64,000 bases of DNA from a virus (lineage: Duplodnaviria; Caudoviricetes), in IMG/VR virus record IMGVR_UViG_3300028805_000043. The stretch is one strand, 5' to 3'. The position numbers and the translations under genes were made by a program. Shown piece by piece: positions 10,225 through 19,616 of the stretch. The notes beneath the pieces were generated by a model. The model worked only from the letters and a program-made list of their open reading frames with translations. It ran no database searches and was not told the origin of the DNA. The first letter of the stretch is position 1. Each line of letters starts with the position of its first letter.

Positions 10225-11373
10225 TTACTTTGTTGTTACAACGGCTACACGACCAGTTGTTGGGCCGAATACTACACCAAGACCTTCAGCTTTATCAACA
10301 CGAGCACCACGACTTTCAAGGTATGCTTTTACCGCATCTGCACGACGTTGTGAAAGGGCCTTATTATATTCTGTATTACCTTCACTTGATGCATATCCTA
10401 GAACTTCATAAATTCCATTTTGACCAAGTTTATCAAGTGTTGCCTTAGCTTCATTACTCAATTCAGCACTATCAAAAGCAAAGAAAATAGTTTCTTTAAC
10501 ACCAAATCCGGTTGCACCAAGATTATTTACAGGTGCTGGGTTATTGTTATTGATAACAACGCGATCAATATACTTAATAACTTCTACTTCCTTAGGTTTC
10601 TTAGCTAATTCATCATTTAAACGATCAATTTCACCAAGCATTGCACCTACATCATAAGTCTTAAAATGACGTGTACCATTAGAAGTCTTGAAATGATATG
10701 TATAACCAATCATTACGCCAAATTGTGCATAATTCTTATTGAACTTAAGATTTCCCTCTTCATTAAGTCCCCAATAAACTCCTGGAGAAATAGTTATGGT
10801 GCTTGCCTTTGTCTTACCAAAATTAAATGCCAAATCAACGGCTGTCTTAGCAGTCAATATATTTAGCTTACCACCAGGTTTATAACCACCTACCTTATTA
10901 GTTGTAAATTCTCCAAAATAATGCATCCATCCCAATCCAGTATTTGTCTTTACTTCAAAGAAACGAGGAGTTCCTTGATATCCAAACAAAAGATTAGACA
11001 AATTAATTACACCATTTAAACCAACATTAGTTGCCTTAACAAATGTATTTACAGAACCATTGTCATGAACATTAAAAGGACCCTCTTCCCAAGCAAGAGT
11101 AGAAGAATCATATCCATAACGATATACATTATCGCCAAATACGGCAAAACCTTCAGCTTCAATAGCAAATACAGGAGTCAATTCCTTACCAAACTTTACG
11201 CCTGCAACAGGATTAACTGGAAATACTGAATTAAAATTAAGAGGAGTAGTAGTTCCAACTTCAACACCTACATAAGTGTTATCAAATAACTTTGCATTCT
11301 CAGTTGCGATCTGAGCATTCGCTGTAAAGATCATCATAAATGCGATGACCAATGTTAAAATAAATTTCTTCAT
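10225..11373 (-). CDS. OmpA-family outer-membrane protein, Bacteroidales type
   Basis: Signal peptide MKKFILTLVIAFMMIFTANA; beta-strand-rich N-domain; C-terminal OmpA domain IFFAFDSAEL...GYASSEGNTEYNKALSQRRADAVKAYL. Confidence 0.85.
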   Translation of the reverse strand: MKKFILTLVIAFMMIFTANAQIATENAKLFDNTYVGVEVGTTTPLNFNSVFPVNPVAGVKFGKELTPVFAIEAEGFAVFGDNVYRYGYDSSTLAWEEGPFNVHDNGSVNTFVKATNVGLNGVINLSNLLFGYQGTPRFFEVKTNTGLGWMHYFGEFTTNKVGGYKPGGKLNILTAKTAVDLAFNFGKTKASTITISPGVYWGLNEEGNLKFNKNYAQFGVMIGYTYHFKTSNGTRHFKTYDVGAMLGEIDRLNDELAKKPKEVEVIKYIDRVVINNNNPAPVNNLGATGFGVKETIFFAFDSAELSNEAKATLDKLGQNGIYEVLGYASSEGNTEYNKALSQRRADAVKAYLESRGARVDKAEGLGVVFGPTTGRVAVVTTK

Positions 11374-11456
11374 CTTAATTAATTTAAAATTAGTAAATAT
11401 ATTTAAATATTGAATTCAATCAATATAAATTTAAAATAGTTTAATGTTTTATTAAA

Positions 11457-11993
11457 TTAAAAAACTCTCGATAATTTATCAACCTCCTTTAACATAGTGG
11501 GTATTCTGTATTTACCATGCATGTATAGAATGTAATAATCTGCTACTTTAGGTGCACTAGTTGTCTGTACATACAATGGATTTTTAGATTCACCTCTATA
11601 TATTTTTCCAGATATTTTATCGCAATCTCCAAATTTAGATTTTGCAACACCATATACAATCTTAGGTTGTTCTATCTTATATAAGAATTTATGTACATAA
11701 GCACCTAATCCATCCCATTCTTTATCACCAACTTTTAATGTAACATAACTATCAACAATCACAGCATGAATTTGATCCCATAATTCAGGTTGTTCTTTGA
11801 TAAATTTTTTAAGTATCTTTTTAATTCCTGGGAGTTCTCGTTTATAAAATTCACCAGGAATATAATCAGATGTTACTTTTGTATAAATTGTATCTTTATA
11901 AATTGTAACGTCATCATCCCCATTAAATACAATTAATGATGTATTACAAACATCATCTTTATAATAAGAATCTAATGCTAAAAAGATTGTCAT
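11457..11993 (-). CDS. Endonuclease V-like protein
   Basis: LALDSYY, YIPGEFYKRELP, VIVDSY, GLGAY, GVAKS, RGESKNPLYV, YRIPTML. Confidence 0.8.
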   Translation of the reverse strand: MTIFLALDSYYKDDVCNTSLIVFNGDDDVTIYKDTIYTKVTSDYIPGEFYKRELPGIKKILKKFIKEQPELWDQIHAVIVDSYVTLKVGDKEWDGLGAYVHKFLYKIEQPKIVYGVAKSKFGDCDKISGKIYRGESKNPLYVQTTSAPKVADYYILYMHGKYRIPTMLKEVDKLSRVF

Positions 11994-12274
11994 ATCAAAT
12001 CATTAATATTTTTAAAATATGCATCAGGATGCTTAACTTTATATTCTGCATCTTTAATAACACCTTTTGAAAGACACATGCAATATTTAATATTATTTAA
12101 ATCATCTGCAAGTTTATCGCATTCTTTACATAAATCGCATAAATCACAAGGATGGCAACCCAACTGATATGCTCCTTCAATTTTATTTACTCCCCATTCA
12201 TCAAGATAAAAATTACGATATAATCTTTTCTGGTCCCATTTCTCTTTCATGTTTTTGTTCCAATAATTTTTCAA
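11990..12274 (-). CDS. Cys-rich hypothetical protein
   Basis: CHPCDLCDLCKEC cluster; ATGA-type overlap with downstream gene; start uncertain. Confidence 0.6.
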   Translation of the reverse strand: MKNYWNKNMKEKWDQKRLYRNFYLDEWGVNKIEGAYQLGCHPCDLCDLCKECDKLADDLNNIKYCMCLSKGVIKDAEYKVKHPDAYFKNINDLI

Positions 12275-12824
12275 CTTTCTTATGAAGCTTATTTGCTTTT
12301 GATTCAGCTTCCTGCCACATATTATGATATTTATTTAAATTTTTAATCTTTTCTTTTAATGATTCTATTTGTTTATCCTTATCTGTAATCTGATAATTAA
12401 GTTTTTCAATTTCTTTTTTATTTGCACATAATATAGAATCTTTTTTATTTACATCCTTTTTAATATCTTCATATTTTGTATCATCCATTGATTTAAATGT
12501 ATAACCATTTATAGATATTACGTTAAATGTAAAATAGATATTTTGAATCCATTGTTTAACTAGTCCTACATTTCCATAAATAACAATATTTCTACAAAAA
12601 ACACAAATATACTTGTGATATTTTTTTTCTTTTTGTATAATTATTTGTAAAAAGTCTGTTCTATTTTTACTACTTAAATGATCTGCAATCCTAATTTTCT
12701 TAATAGGTGACAAATCATAATATATAGAACCACTAGTAGCTTCAGAACATTTTTTGCCACCAAGTGATTCTATAAATTTACATATATCATTTACATGTTC
12801 ACGTGTTTTCTTTTTAAATTTCAT
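12213..12824 (-). CDS. Hypothetical protein with C-terminal coiled coil
   Basis: 203-aa ORF with heptad K/E-rich C-terminus. Confidence 0.7.
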   Translation of the reverse strand: MKFKKKTREHVNDICKFIESLGGKKCSEATSGSIYYDLSPIKKIRIADHLSSKNRTDFLQIIIQKEKKYHKYICVFCRNIVIYGNVGLVKQWIQNIYFTFNVISINGYTFKSMDDTKYEDIKKDVNKKDSILCANKKEIEKLNYQITDKDKQIESLKEKIKNLNKYHNMWQEAESKANKLHKKVEKLLEQKHEREMGPEKIIS

Positions 12825-12830
12825 ATTTAT

Positions 12831-12974
12831 TTAATGCCACCCATCATTACGTCTATCTACTTCATTAATATATCTTTCCCTATTTGTCATAGGTGTTCCA
12901 TCAGGACAACATCTATCAGAATATCCATTTGGATCTGAACATGCTTTAATAAAAAGATCTGCTTCGTAACTCAT
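12831..12974 (-). CDS. Small hypothetical protein (47 aa)
   Basis: Manual ORF MSYEADLFIKACSDPNG...DGWH fills a gap in the operon. Confidence 0.45.
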   Translation of the reverse strand: MSYEADLFIKACSDPNGYSDRCCPDGTPMTNRERYINEVDRRNDGWH

Positions 12975-13000
12975 TTTACTTCTAAATTTTCTTTAATATA

Positions 13001-13234
13001 TTATTCAATAACTACCTGAATATAATTATTTGTTTCCCAGTCAAGAACAATATCTGGACGTTTAGCTTCAGAACGTCTTTCATGTGGCAAAAGAAATGAA
13101 TTAAGATATTCATCAGTTTGTTCCTTTGCCCAGTTGTTCATTTTAAGAATAGCAGTTACTTTATCATCAGCCTTAATAAGACCAATTGGATGAAATGTAG
13201 TTCCTATGCCTTGTGCACCAAATCTCCAATACAT
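13001..13234 (-). CDS. Hypothetical protein
   Basis: 77-aa ORF tightly packed in operon. Confidence 0.65.
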   Translation of the reverse strand: MYWRFGAQGIGTTFHPIGLIKADDKVTAILKMNNWAKEQTDEYLNSFLLPHERRSEAKRPDIVLDWETNNYIQVVIE

Positions 13235-13235
13235 A

Positions 13236-13553
13236 TTAATTAATTTTATTAGTTACATTTTCCCAGCCAAAACTATCACAGAAGAAATATTCATTATCAA
13301 GTTTTACAATATCTGATGTTGAAAGAGAATGACCACGAAAGTTTTTTGGATGATGAATATTAAATATATTGAAAATTACATCAAGTTTATCATTGGTATT
13401 TTCAGGAATTTCATCAACCAAATTTTCAAATGTACCACTCCATACTTTTTTATAGTTTTTAAAATTAAAAAAATCCTTTACACGTTCCCAACCTCTAAAA
13501 AGAAACATAACACTCTTAGTATTTTCTTTAATTTGATAAATTGTTACGTTCAT
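13236..13553 (-). CDS. YodL-domain protein
   Basis: IYQIK...Y.KVW.G...IFNIHHPKNFRGHSLSTSDIV...FFCDSFGW matches the YodL signature. Confidence 0.8.
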   Translation of the reverse strand: MNVTIYQIKENTKSVMFLFRGWERVKDFFNFKNYKKVWSGTFENLVDEIPENTNDKLDVIFNIFNIHHPKNFRGHSLSTSDIVKLDNEYFFCDSFGWENVTNKIN

Positions 13554-13557
13554 AATA

Positions 13558-13854
13558 TTACTTATTTGAAATTTTCATTAATTTATTAACCAAACTCTTA
13601 ACAGCTGAATCGTTATTTAGAATATCGTAATTATAAAGAATATCACGGACGGATTTTGCAATATTTTTACGAACCTTTTCACCATAAAGTGCATACTGTG
13701 CAGAAAAATTAGAAATTGGCGTGGAAGATATTCCAAATTCATCTTTCTCAACTGGGAAATAATCATTTGTTAAATCTCTGATTGCTCGGAGTGTTTTACC
13801 AAACTCATCATTACTGCGAGTTTCCCAAAGCTTCATTTCGTCGTCGAGTTTCAT
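13558..13854 (-). CDS. Hypothetical protein
   Basis: 98-aa ORF directly downstream of promoter motif. Confidence 0.7.
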   Translation of the reverse strand: MKLDDEMKLWETRSNDEFGKTLRAIRDLTNDYFPVEKDEFGISSTPISNFSAQYALYGEKVRKNIAKSVRDILYNYDILNNDSAVKSLVNKLMKISNK

Positions 13855-13896
13855 ATATTTATTTGATTTAATTAACTAATGTTATTTTACATATAT

Positions 13897-13924
13897 AATA
13901 TAGAATATTATTTTAAAAATTCAA
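13897..13924 (-). promoter_or_regulatory. Early-type promoter TTGAAT-N16-TATATT
   Basis: Same two boxes and 16-nt spacing at six intergenic sites. Confidence 0.7.
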
Positions 13925-13974
13925 ATAATATTAAATTTTTTATGTAAATTTAAGATACATAAATATTATATAAA

Positions 13975-14172
13975 TTAATCTTCATCATCTTCTAAATCAT
14001 TTTCAACACCATAATTTATTTCAGCCTGTGTATATCCATCAGACCAACCAACTACATAAATTTCATTAACTGTATCGCGAATAGCTTTATTACGTTCATT
14101 TTCATTATCATAACAACTATTCAATACGTTGTGAAGTTCAGTTACTAAATTTTCTATTTTTACCTTATCCAT
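13975..14172 (-). CDS. Hypothetical protein
   Basis: 65-aa ORF with acidic tail. Confidence 0.6.
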   Translation of the reverse strand: MDKVKIENLVTELHNVLNSCYDNENERNKAIRDTVNEIYVVGWSDGYTQAEINYGVENDLEDDED

Positions 14173-14174
14173 AT

Positions 14175-14423
14175 TTATCTATATGTTGGTGAATATTGCC
14201 ACCCGTTAATTTTATTTCCTTTCGTATTATAAATACTTACATTAAAAGTTTTTACTGGAATGTATTGTGTTAAGTCTTTATCAGACAAAAAATTTAATCT
14301 TTTTTCAATGTATGAATTAACCTTTTCAATAATATTTTCTTTAGTACCAATAATAGTATGTGGTATAGCTAATCTACCAGACCAACTTCTTCTTGCTAAA
14401 CATTCACAAATTATTGCTTTCAT
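14175..14423 (-). CDS. Hypothetical protein
   Basis: 82-aa ORF immediately after promoter motif. Confidence 0.65.
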   Translation of the reverse strand: MKAIICECLARRSWSGRLAIPHTIIGTKENIIEKVNSYIEKRLNFLSDKDLTQYIPVKTFNVSIYNTKGNKINGWQYSPTYR

Positions 14424-14448
14424 ATTTTATTTGTTTGATTACAAATAT

Positions 14449-14476
14449 AATATAGAATATTATATAAAAATTTCAA
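14449..14476 (-). promoter_or_regulatory. Early-type promoter TTGAAA-N16-TATATT with GTAATCAAACAA leader
   Basis: Recurrent motif; region closely similar to 39510-39611. Confidence 0.75.
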
Positions 14477-14589
14477 ATATTATATGTAATTCTTATATCT
14501 AAATGTAGTATAATATTAGAAAAATACTGTAAAGTTTCATTTATAATATCATTATAAAGTTTATTTTTATTAAATTATTAAATAAAATT

Positions 14590-15600
14590 ATGAAAAGTTT
14601 TAATAGATATATAAGAGAACAACGTACATTAGATTCTGCTGAACTTGTAATGGAAGGCAAAATTAAGAATATGAGTGATACTGAATGGCTTAATTCTTTA
14701 TATGGTGGATCTGGAAGATATATTCAAGATGTATTTGATAATGTTCAAACACATGCACTTTATGGAATACATAAGGATGAACTTGAAAATTGGAAAGAAA
14801 AATTATCAAAAAATAAAGGTATCAATAGATTTAGAAAGGTAAATGCAAATAGTAAATATTACGTAATTCTTTGTTTCAAATATGATAAATCTAAAGATCA
14901 ATCATATCAAGATGCATTGAATGGTGAAGCTGAACGTGAAAGAAAAGAAGCTGAAAAATTTGCTGATGATGTTAAAAATGCAGATACATCAAAATATTCA
15001 ACTGATGATAAGCATATTAAGAAAATGAAAGATTATTTTAATAAACGTTCAGATCCTGAAAGATTAGTTAAATCTATTAAAGATGATAAGAAATTAGTTG
15101 CACGTTGGATTGCTGCAATGCTTATTGGTTGGCCTGAAGCCGTTTCAGTATTTGGATATGAAATTAAAACTAAGAAACTTTTATCAGAAGCAGAAATTGT
15201 AGCATACACAGAAAAGTATAAAGATCAAAAAGTAGATGATTCTGATATGAATAGATTAGATAAAGAAACAAAGAAAATAGCAGAAAGTTGGATTACAAAA
15301 TCTTTATATAAATATTTTGAATCATTAAAAGACTATACTATTGAATGGAAAGAATCATTTAAGAATGCAAAAACTCAAGCCGGTAAAGAAGCTATGAGAA
15401 GAACAGGTAGAGCTTGGACAGAAGGATTTGTTGTAACTGTTACTAAAGGTGAAAAATCTATAGATGTAACATTCGATGTAGTAACTAATGAAGGTGGTGG
15501 TCTTTATGGTTATGTATTATCTGGATTTGACTATAAAGTTATTAACCTAAAAACATTTAAGGAAAACTTTGAAAATTTGATAAAAGATAAATTAAAATAA
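14590..15600 (+). CDS. Hypothetical protein with capsid-targeting-like leader (MKSFNRYIRE)
   Basis: 336-aa ORF; TTATTTTTA motif at 14561; leader resembles T4 IPIII MKTYQEFIAE. Confidence 0.7.
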   Translation: MKSFNRYIREQRTLDSAELVMEGKIKNMSDTEWLNSLYGGSGRYIQDVFDNVQTHALYGIHKDELENWKEKLSKNKGINRFRKVNANSKYYVILCFKYDKSKDQSYQDALNGEAERERKEAEKFADDVKNADTSKYSTDDKHIKKMKDYFNKRSDPERLVKSIKDDKKLVARWIAAMLIGWPEAVSVFGYEIKTKKLLSEAEIVAYTEKYKDQKVDDSDMNRLDKETKKIAESWITKSLYKYFESLKDYTIEWKESFKNAKTQAGKEAMRRTGRAWTEGFVVTVTKGEKSIDVTFDVVTNEGGGLYGYVLSGFDYKVINLKTFKENFENLIKDKLK

Positions 15601-15602
15601 AT

Positions 15603-15629
15603 AAAGGAGAGGTTATTCCTCTCCTTTTT
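15603..15629. terminator. Terminator between convergent genes
   Basis: AAAGGAGAGG-TTATT-CCTCTCCTTTTT. Confidence 0.7.
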
Positions 15630-15954
15630 TCATATAAAGTATTTCTTTCCCATAAGTTTCTGCAGTAAATTTTTCAACCTTACAGCCTTTTGAATTTTCC
15701 CACCCAGGACACATTAATATTGCATCACACAATATAACCTGTTCAATATCTTTACCCATATAATATGCAGTTCTTTCAATTGCCAAATGATTACCTAATG
15801 CTTCATCATCAATATGATTTGAATCAATTGGAGATACATATTCATATTTTCTAAAATGATCTCTTACATAAACTTTTGCATCATTATTACGTTGATATAC
15901 AGTATCTTCTTGAAATGCAATAGGTAAAGATATATAAATTTTCTTCTTATTCAT
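15613..15954 (-). CDS. DUF4406 / nucleoside 2-deoxyribosyltransferase-like protein
   Basis: KKIYISLPI...CDAILMCPGWENSKGCKVE. Confidence 0.75.
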   Translation of the reverse strand: MNKKKIYISLPIAFQEDTVYQRNNDAKVYVRDHFRKYEYVSPIDSNHIDDEALGNHLAIERTAYYMGKDIEQVILCDAILMCPGWENSKGCKVEKFTAETYGKEILYMKKGEE

Positions 15955-16120
15955 GTATTAATATTTCTAATAATTTCCCATAAGCTAGCATTTCTCCTGA
16001 ATGAACACACATCTCCTTAAGATAATCAATGTCATCAGTTTTTAACCAATCATATTCAGCTAACTCATAATTAACTTTTGCCTTATCATATAATTCTGAT
16101 AATAATCCTGGAGTAATCAT
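15947..16120 (-). CDS. Small hypothetical protein (57 aa)
   Basis: Manual ORF MITPGLLSELYDKAK...LIHE overlapping both neighbours. Confidence 0.5.
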   Translation of the reverse strand: MITPGLLSELYDKAKVNYELAEYDWLKTDDIDYLKEMCVHSGEMLAYGKLLEILIHE

Positions 16121-16263
16121 AATTCAAGAATATTTATTATTGGAAAATGTTCAATACCATATTCATCTTCAAAATGTTCAAAAGCTTCTGTTTTTGACAT
16201 GTTAGTATATATTACATTTTGAATATTACCATTATTCCAGTAAACTATAACATATGTAATCAT
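16117..16263 (-). CDS. Small hypothetical protein (48 aa)
   Basis: Manual ORF MITYVIVYWNNG...ILEL; ATGA overlap with next gene. Confidence 0.5.
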   Translation of the reverse strand: MITYVIVYWNNGNIQNVIYTNMSKTEAFEHFEDEYGIEHFPIINILEL

Positions 16264-16265
16264 AA

Positions 16266-17039
16266 TTAATGTTTAATATCTTGTGAACCAAAACCAGAAT
16301 CACCACGTTGTGATCCAATCATATATTTATTATATTCTTCTTCAGAATCTGTTTCAACATACTCATCATGGAAAACTGGTATTAACATCATTTGTGTTAA
16401 CTTATCCCCACAATAAACTATATTTTGTCCATCTTTAATTAATTCTTTTGTATATGATTGAGATAAATGAACAAAACCTGCATAATCTTCATCAACTAAA
16501 CATGCTCGTACATCCCATCCTGCATTACCTTTTCCTGACTTATTAACATATAATCCAGCAACACCAATACCGAGCATTCGTAAATAATCTACAGCTTTTG
16601 AAGGGTTTGGACCAACCTTTTCGGATAATACTGTATCTAATGCAACTTTAATACCTGAGTTAATAAATAATGTATCATTAAGTTCAGCCTTAAGTCCTAC
16701 GACATCTTTACTTGCATCATAAATAATAAAATTTTCAATAAAATCTAAAATAGCACCCTTTTCATTAATTACTTTTTCTGCTTCTAAATCTGCATCATAA
16801 AATGCTAAATATAAATGAACTAAATTAATTATATTATTACTATAATCTTTTGGTGAAAGAACAGTAAATATATTAATTAATTCATTGATTTCTTCTGTTG
16901 TTTTATTATAAGATTTTTCAAATGCTTTTAAAGCTAATTTTATTTGTTTTTCTGTTTTAATATTTGGTATATAATAATCAGATCCCGCTGATGTAAAACT
17001 ATTTGTTGGCTTTATGCCAAATGCATTATAACATTTCAT
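16266..17039 (-). CDS. dut: Trimeric-type dUTPase with large insertion
   Basis: Motifs 1-5: SAGSDYY, NKSG, LVDEDYAG, GDKLTQ, RGDSGFGS. Confidence 0.85.
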   Translation of the reverse strand: MKCYNAFGIKPTNSFTSAGSDYYIPNIKTEKQIKLALKAFEKSYNKTTEEINELINIFTVLSPKDYSNNIINLVHLYLAFYDADLEAEKVINEKGAILDFIENFIIYDASKDVVGLKAELNDTLFINSGIKVALDTVLSEKVGPNPSKAVDYLRMLGIGVAGLYVNKSGKGNAGWDVRACLVDEDYAGFVHLSQSYTKELIKDGQNIVYCGDKLTQMMLIPVFHDEYVETDSEEEYNKYMIGSQRGDSGFGSQDIKH

Positions 17040-17096
17040 TAAACTTTATTAACATATATTTATATAAATATAGATTTATAGAAAATCCTATTCAAC

Positions 17097-17159
17097 ATTC
17101 ATTATCAAAATTAAGTTGTAACATTATATGTAAATCAACTAAACATCTATCATATATTG
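17097..17159. repeat. 63-bp copy of an internal segment of the GT2 gene (17653-17715)
   Basis: 60/63 identical by manual alignment. Confidence 0.9.
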
Positions 17160-17176
17160 TTTTTTAAAAATTTTAA

Positions 17177-17548
17177 TTATATCTTTGAAATGTCAACATA
17201 TCGAACTTTAGGAATGTTTAATTTTCCATATAACACTTCCCAATCACTTTGGAGTATATGGTCTGGCTTCTTTAATGGTTTTATAATATACGATTCATCA
17301 TTTTCAATAAATGACATAACCATTTTGTATAAAGTATCTGTTTCAGTATCTCCCTCAAATATTTCGTGATGAATATCATAAACAGCACGATACATTGAAT
17401 TTTTTAACTTTATCAAATAGACATTTTTAGTATATCTTGTCATTTCAGCCAAAGCATCATAAAGTGTAAGGTCTGGTAATACATTTATTTTAGATAGCTC
17501 TAGATGTAAATATTCAATATCTTTTGTTATAAAATCAGTCATAAACAA
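17177..17548 (-). CDS. Hypothetical protein
   Basis: About 120-aa ORF, co-directional with neighbours. Confidence 0.65.
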   Translation of the reverse strand: MFMTDFITKDIEYLHLELSKINVLPDLTLYDALAEMTRYTKNVYLIKLKNSMYRAVYDIHHEIFEGDTETDTLYKMVMSFIENDESYIIKPLKKPDHILQSDWEVLYGKLNIPKVRYVDISKI

Positions 17549-17563
17549 TTTGAATTATATTGC

Positions 17564-18478
17564 CTAGTCAATATCATAAGTTATTTCTGTATATTTATCA
17601 GGAAATATAAAACTAAGCATATATGTATTTAGTTTAGATAATTTTTTAAAATATTCATTATCAAATTTAAGTTGTAACATTATACGTAAATCAACTAAAC
17701 ATCTATCATACATTGATTTTAATATTTCTTTATCATCTTTAAAATATTCAAATAAACTTGCAATTGCTTCTACTGTTCCTATTCTTGTTTCTAATATATT
17801 ATCACGTATTATTGATTTTTCAGTCATTCTATAATTAATTTCAATGCTATTCATTATAATAACATAATTTGAATTATACACCCAAAAAGGAGTTGTCCGA
17901 ATATCTTCAAATTCACGTGAAATATCATATGATTTTGTTTCGACTATTGATCTTTTAATAATTTTTGTCCATGGCATAAATTTTATTGTTGATTCATAAA
18001 ACATTTTCATTAATGCTTCATGTCCACTTTTTATTTCTACAATATCTTTTGATTTATTACTTATATGTACTCCAGTTTGATCAATAAATTTTATTCCATA
18101 TTCAACAATATCTGCACCATGTTCAGTAATCATATTATAAGCTCTTAATACAAAATCATTATTAATATAATAATCATCAGCATCTAAGAACATAATATAG
18201 TTTCCTGTTGAATTTGCTATACCAAAATTTCTTGCACCCCCACAGCCAAGATTTTTTGGAGTCTTTATAATTTTATATTCGCAACTTCCATATTGTCCAT
18301 ATTCTTTAAAGAATATATCAATAATTTCGCGGGTTTTATCTTCAGAATGATCATCTATTAAAATATATTCAATGTCAAAATTATCTGAATTTTTTTGATT
18401 CCATACACTATCAATACATTTTAAAATATAGTTTTCACAATTATAAAAAGTTGTAATAATACTTACTTTATCTTTCAT
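17564..18478 (-). CDS. Glycosyltransferase family 2
   Basis: VSIITTFYN, IDDHSED, NLGCGGARNFG, DxD motif in YIMFLDADD, FED. Confidence 0.9.
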   Translation of the reverse strand: MKDKVSIITTFYNCENYILKCIDSVWNQKNSDNFDIEYILIDDHSEDKTREIIDIFFKEYGQYGSCEYKIIKTPKNLGCGGARNFGIANSTGNYIMFLDADDYYINNDFVLRAYNMITEHGADIVEYGIKFIDQTGVHISNKSKDIVEIKSGHEALMKMFYESTIKFMPWTKIIKRSIVETKSYDISREFEDIRTTPFWVYNSNYVIIMNSIEINYRMTEKSIIRDNILETRIGTVEAIASLFEYFKDDKEILKSMYDRCLVDLRIMLQLKFDNEYFKKLSKLNTYMLSFIFPDKYTEITYDID

Positions 18479-18514
18479 AATTACTTAAAAATATCATTTA
18501 TGATATGAATATTT

Positions 18515-19120
18515 TTATTTAAAAAATATCATTATAGTATTTTCAGTCAACCTATCAAGTACATACCAATTATTAACGTAAGGCATTCCGTGACTTAATA
18601 TCATTGGGTCAGATGGTTTTGCAGTTCCATTGTTATCAATTGTACAAAATTTTCCAGGCTGACATTCACCATTATCAACAACAATACATTTACCTAATAG
18701 ATTAACTCTTATCCATTCTTGACGTTCAGAACGTTTTTTATATTCTAAATTTTTATTAAAACAATCATTAATAACAGGAATTACTTCTGTATCTTTAATT
18801 GTTGCTATATAAGGTATTTCTTCAATATCATCATATGCATTAATAGCAGTTGCTTTTTCTTTTTCTTGTAATAAGCAATCTCCAAATTCGTTACATATAT
18901 ATTTACCTTGCCATTCTTCAGGATCATCTGAAGTTATTGTACTATTAATAGTTGTAACACCAATAATATAATCAGCAGGATGTGCTAATCTTATTTTTCC
19001 ATTTGAATTTCTATCAAATGTTACAAATCTACCAAATGGTACAATATCGAACTTAAAAAGTTCGGACCATTCGTACATTTCCGAATATCCGAACTTATTC
19101 ATTAATTTATCTATAAACAT
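18515..19120 (-). CDS. Stand-alone Peptidase_G2/IMC autoproteolytic chaperone-like domain
   Basis: GYSEMYEW, GRFVTF, IIGVTT, WQGKYICNEFG, RSERQEWIRVNLLGK..VDNG. Confidence 0.7.
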   Translation of the reverse strand: MFIDKLMNKFGYSEMYEWSELFKFDIVPFGRFVTFDRNSNGKIRLAHPADYIIGVTTINSTITSDDPEEWQGKYICNEFGDCLLQEKEKATAINAYDDIEEIPYIATIKDTEVIPVINDCFNKNLEYKKRSERQEWIRVNLLGKCIVVDNGECQPGKFCTIDNNGTAKPSDPMILSHGMPYVNNWYVLDRLTENTIMIFFK

Positions 19121-19123
19121 AAT

Positions 19124-19603
19124 TTATCGATTATAATCTTTTGGATTTTTACCTTCTGCTAAAATCTCTTGCTTAGTTTTAATAAACTCAAGATTCATAG
19201 TAGATAAATACATCTCAACAATATCTTTAAATCTATAATAATTGAACTTACCTTGAACTTCAATCATTATAATTGGGTTATTAATGGCATTTTCAGCAGC
19301 TACTTCATAACCTATTTCTTTATTTACTTTAGTATCGTAAGGGTGCTGCTTAGACATACCAATAACTAATAAATATTTTTCATTCTTAATTTCTGACTTA
19401 CCGTCATTCTTAAGATATCCTTCTCCCTTTACATTTGTTTTATACAAATTACCAACAAAGGTTACAGCTTGCAATGTTCCGTACTTTGTATATTTTCTAC
19501 CGTTAATACTTACATCTGTATATGCCTCCCTATCTTGGGTTGCTGTGGTATATCCAAATGTGTTAACTCTCTCCTTAAATAAAAAATCTTTTGAAAAATT
19601 CAT
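19124..19603 (-). CDS. Hypothetical protein
   Basis: 159-aa ORF in operon. Confidence 0.7.
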   Translation of the reverse strand: MNFSKDFLFKERVNTFGYTTATQDREAYTDVSINGRKYTKYGTLQAVTFVGNLYKTNVKGEGYLKNDGKSEIKNEKYLLVIGMSKQHPYDTKVNKEIGYEVAAENAINNPIIMIEVQGKFNYYRFKDIVEMYLSTMNLEFIKTKQEILAEGKNPKDYNR

Positions 19604-19616
19604 ATTCTTTATTAAT

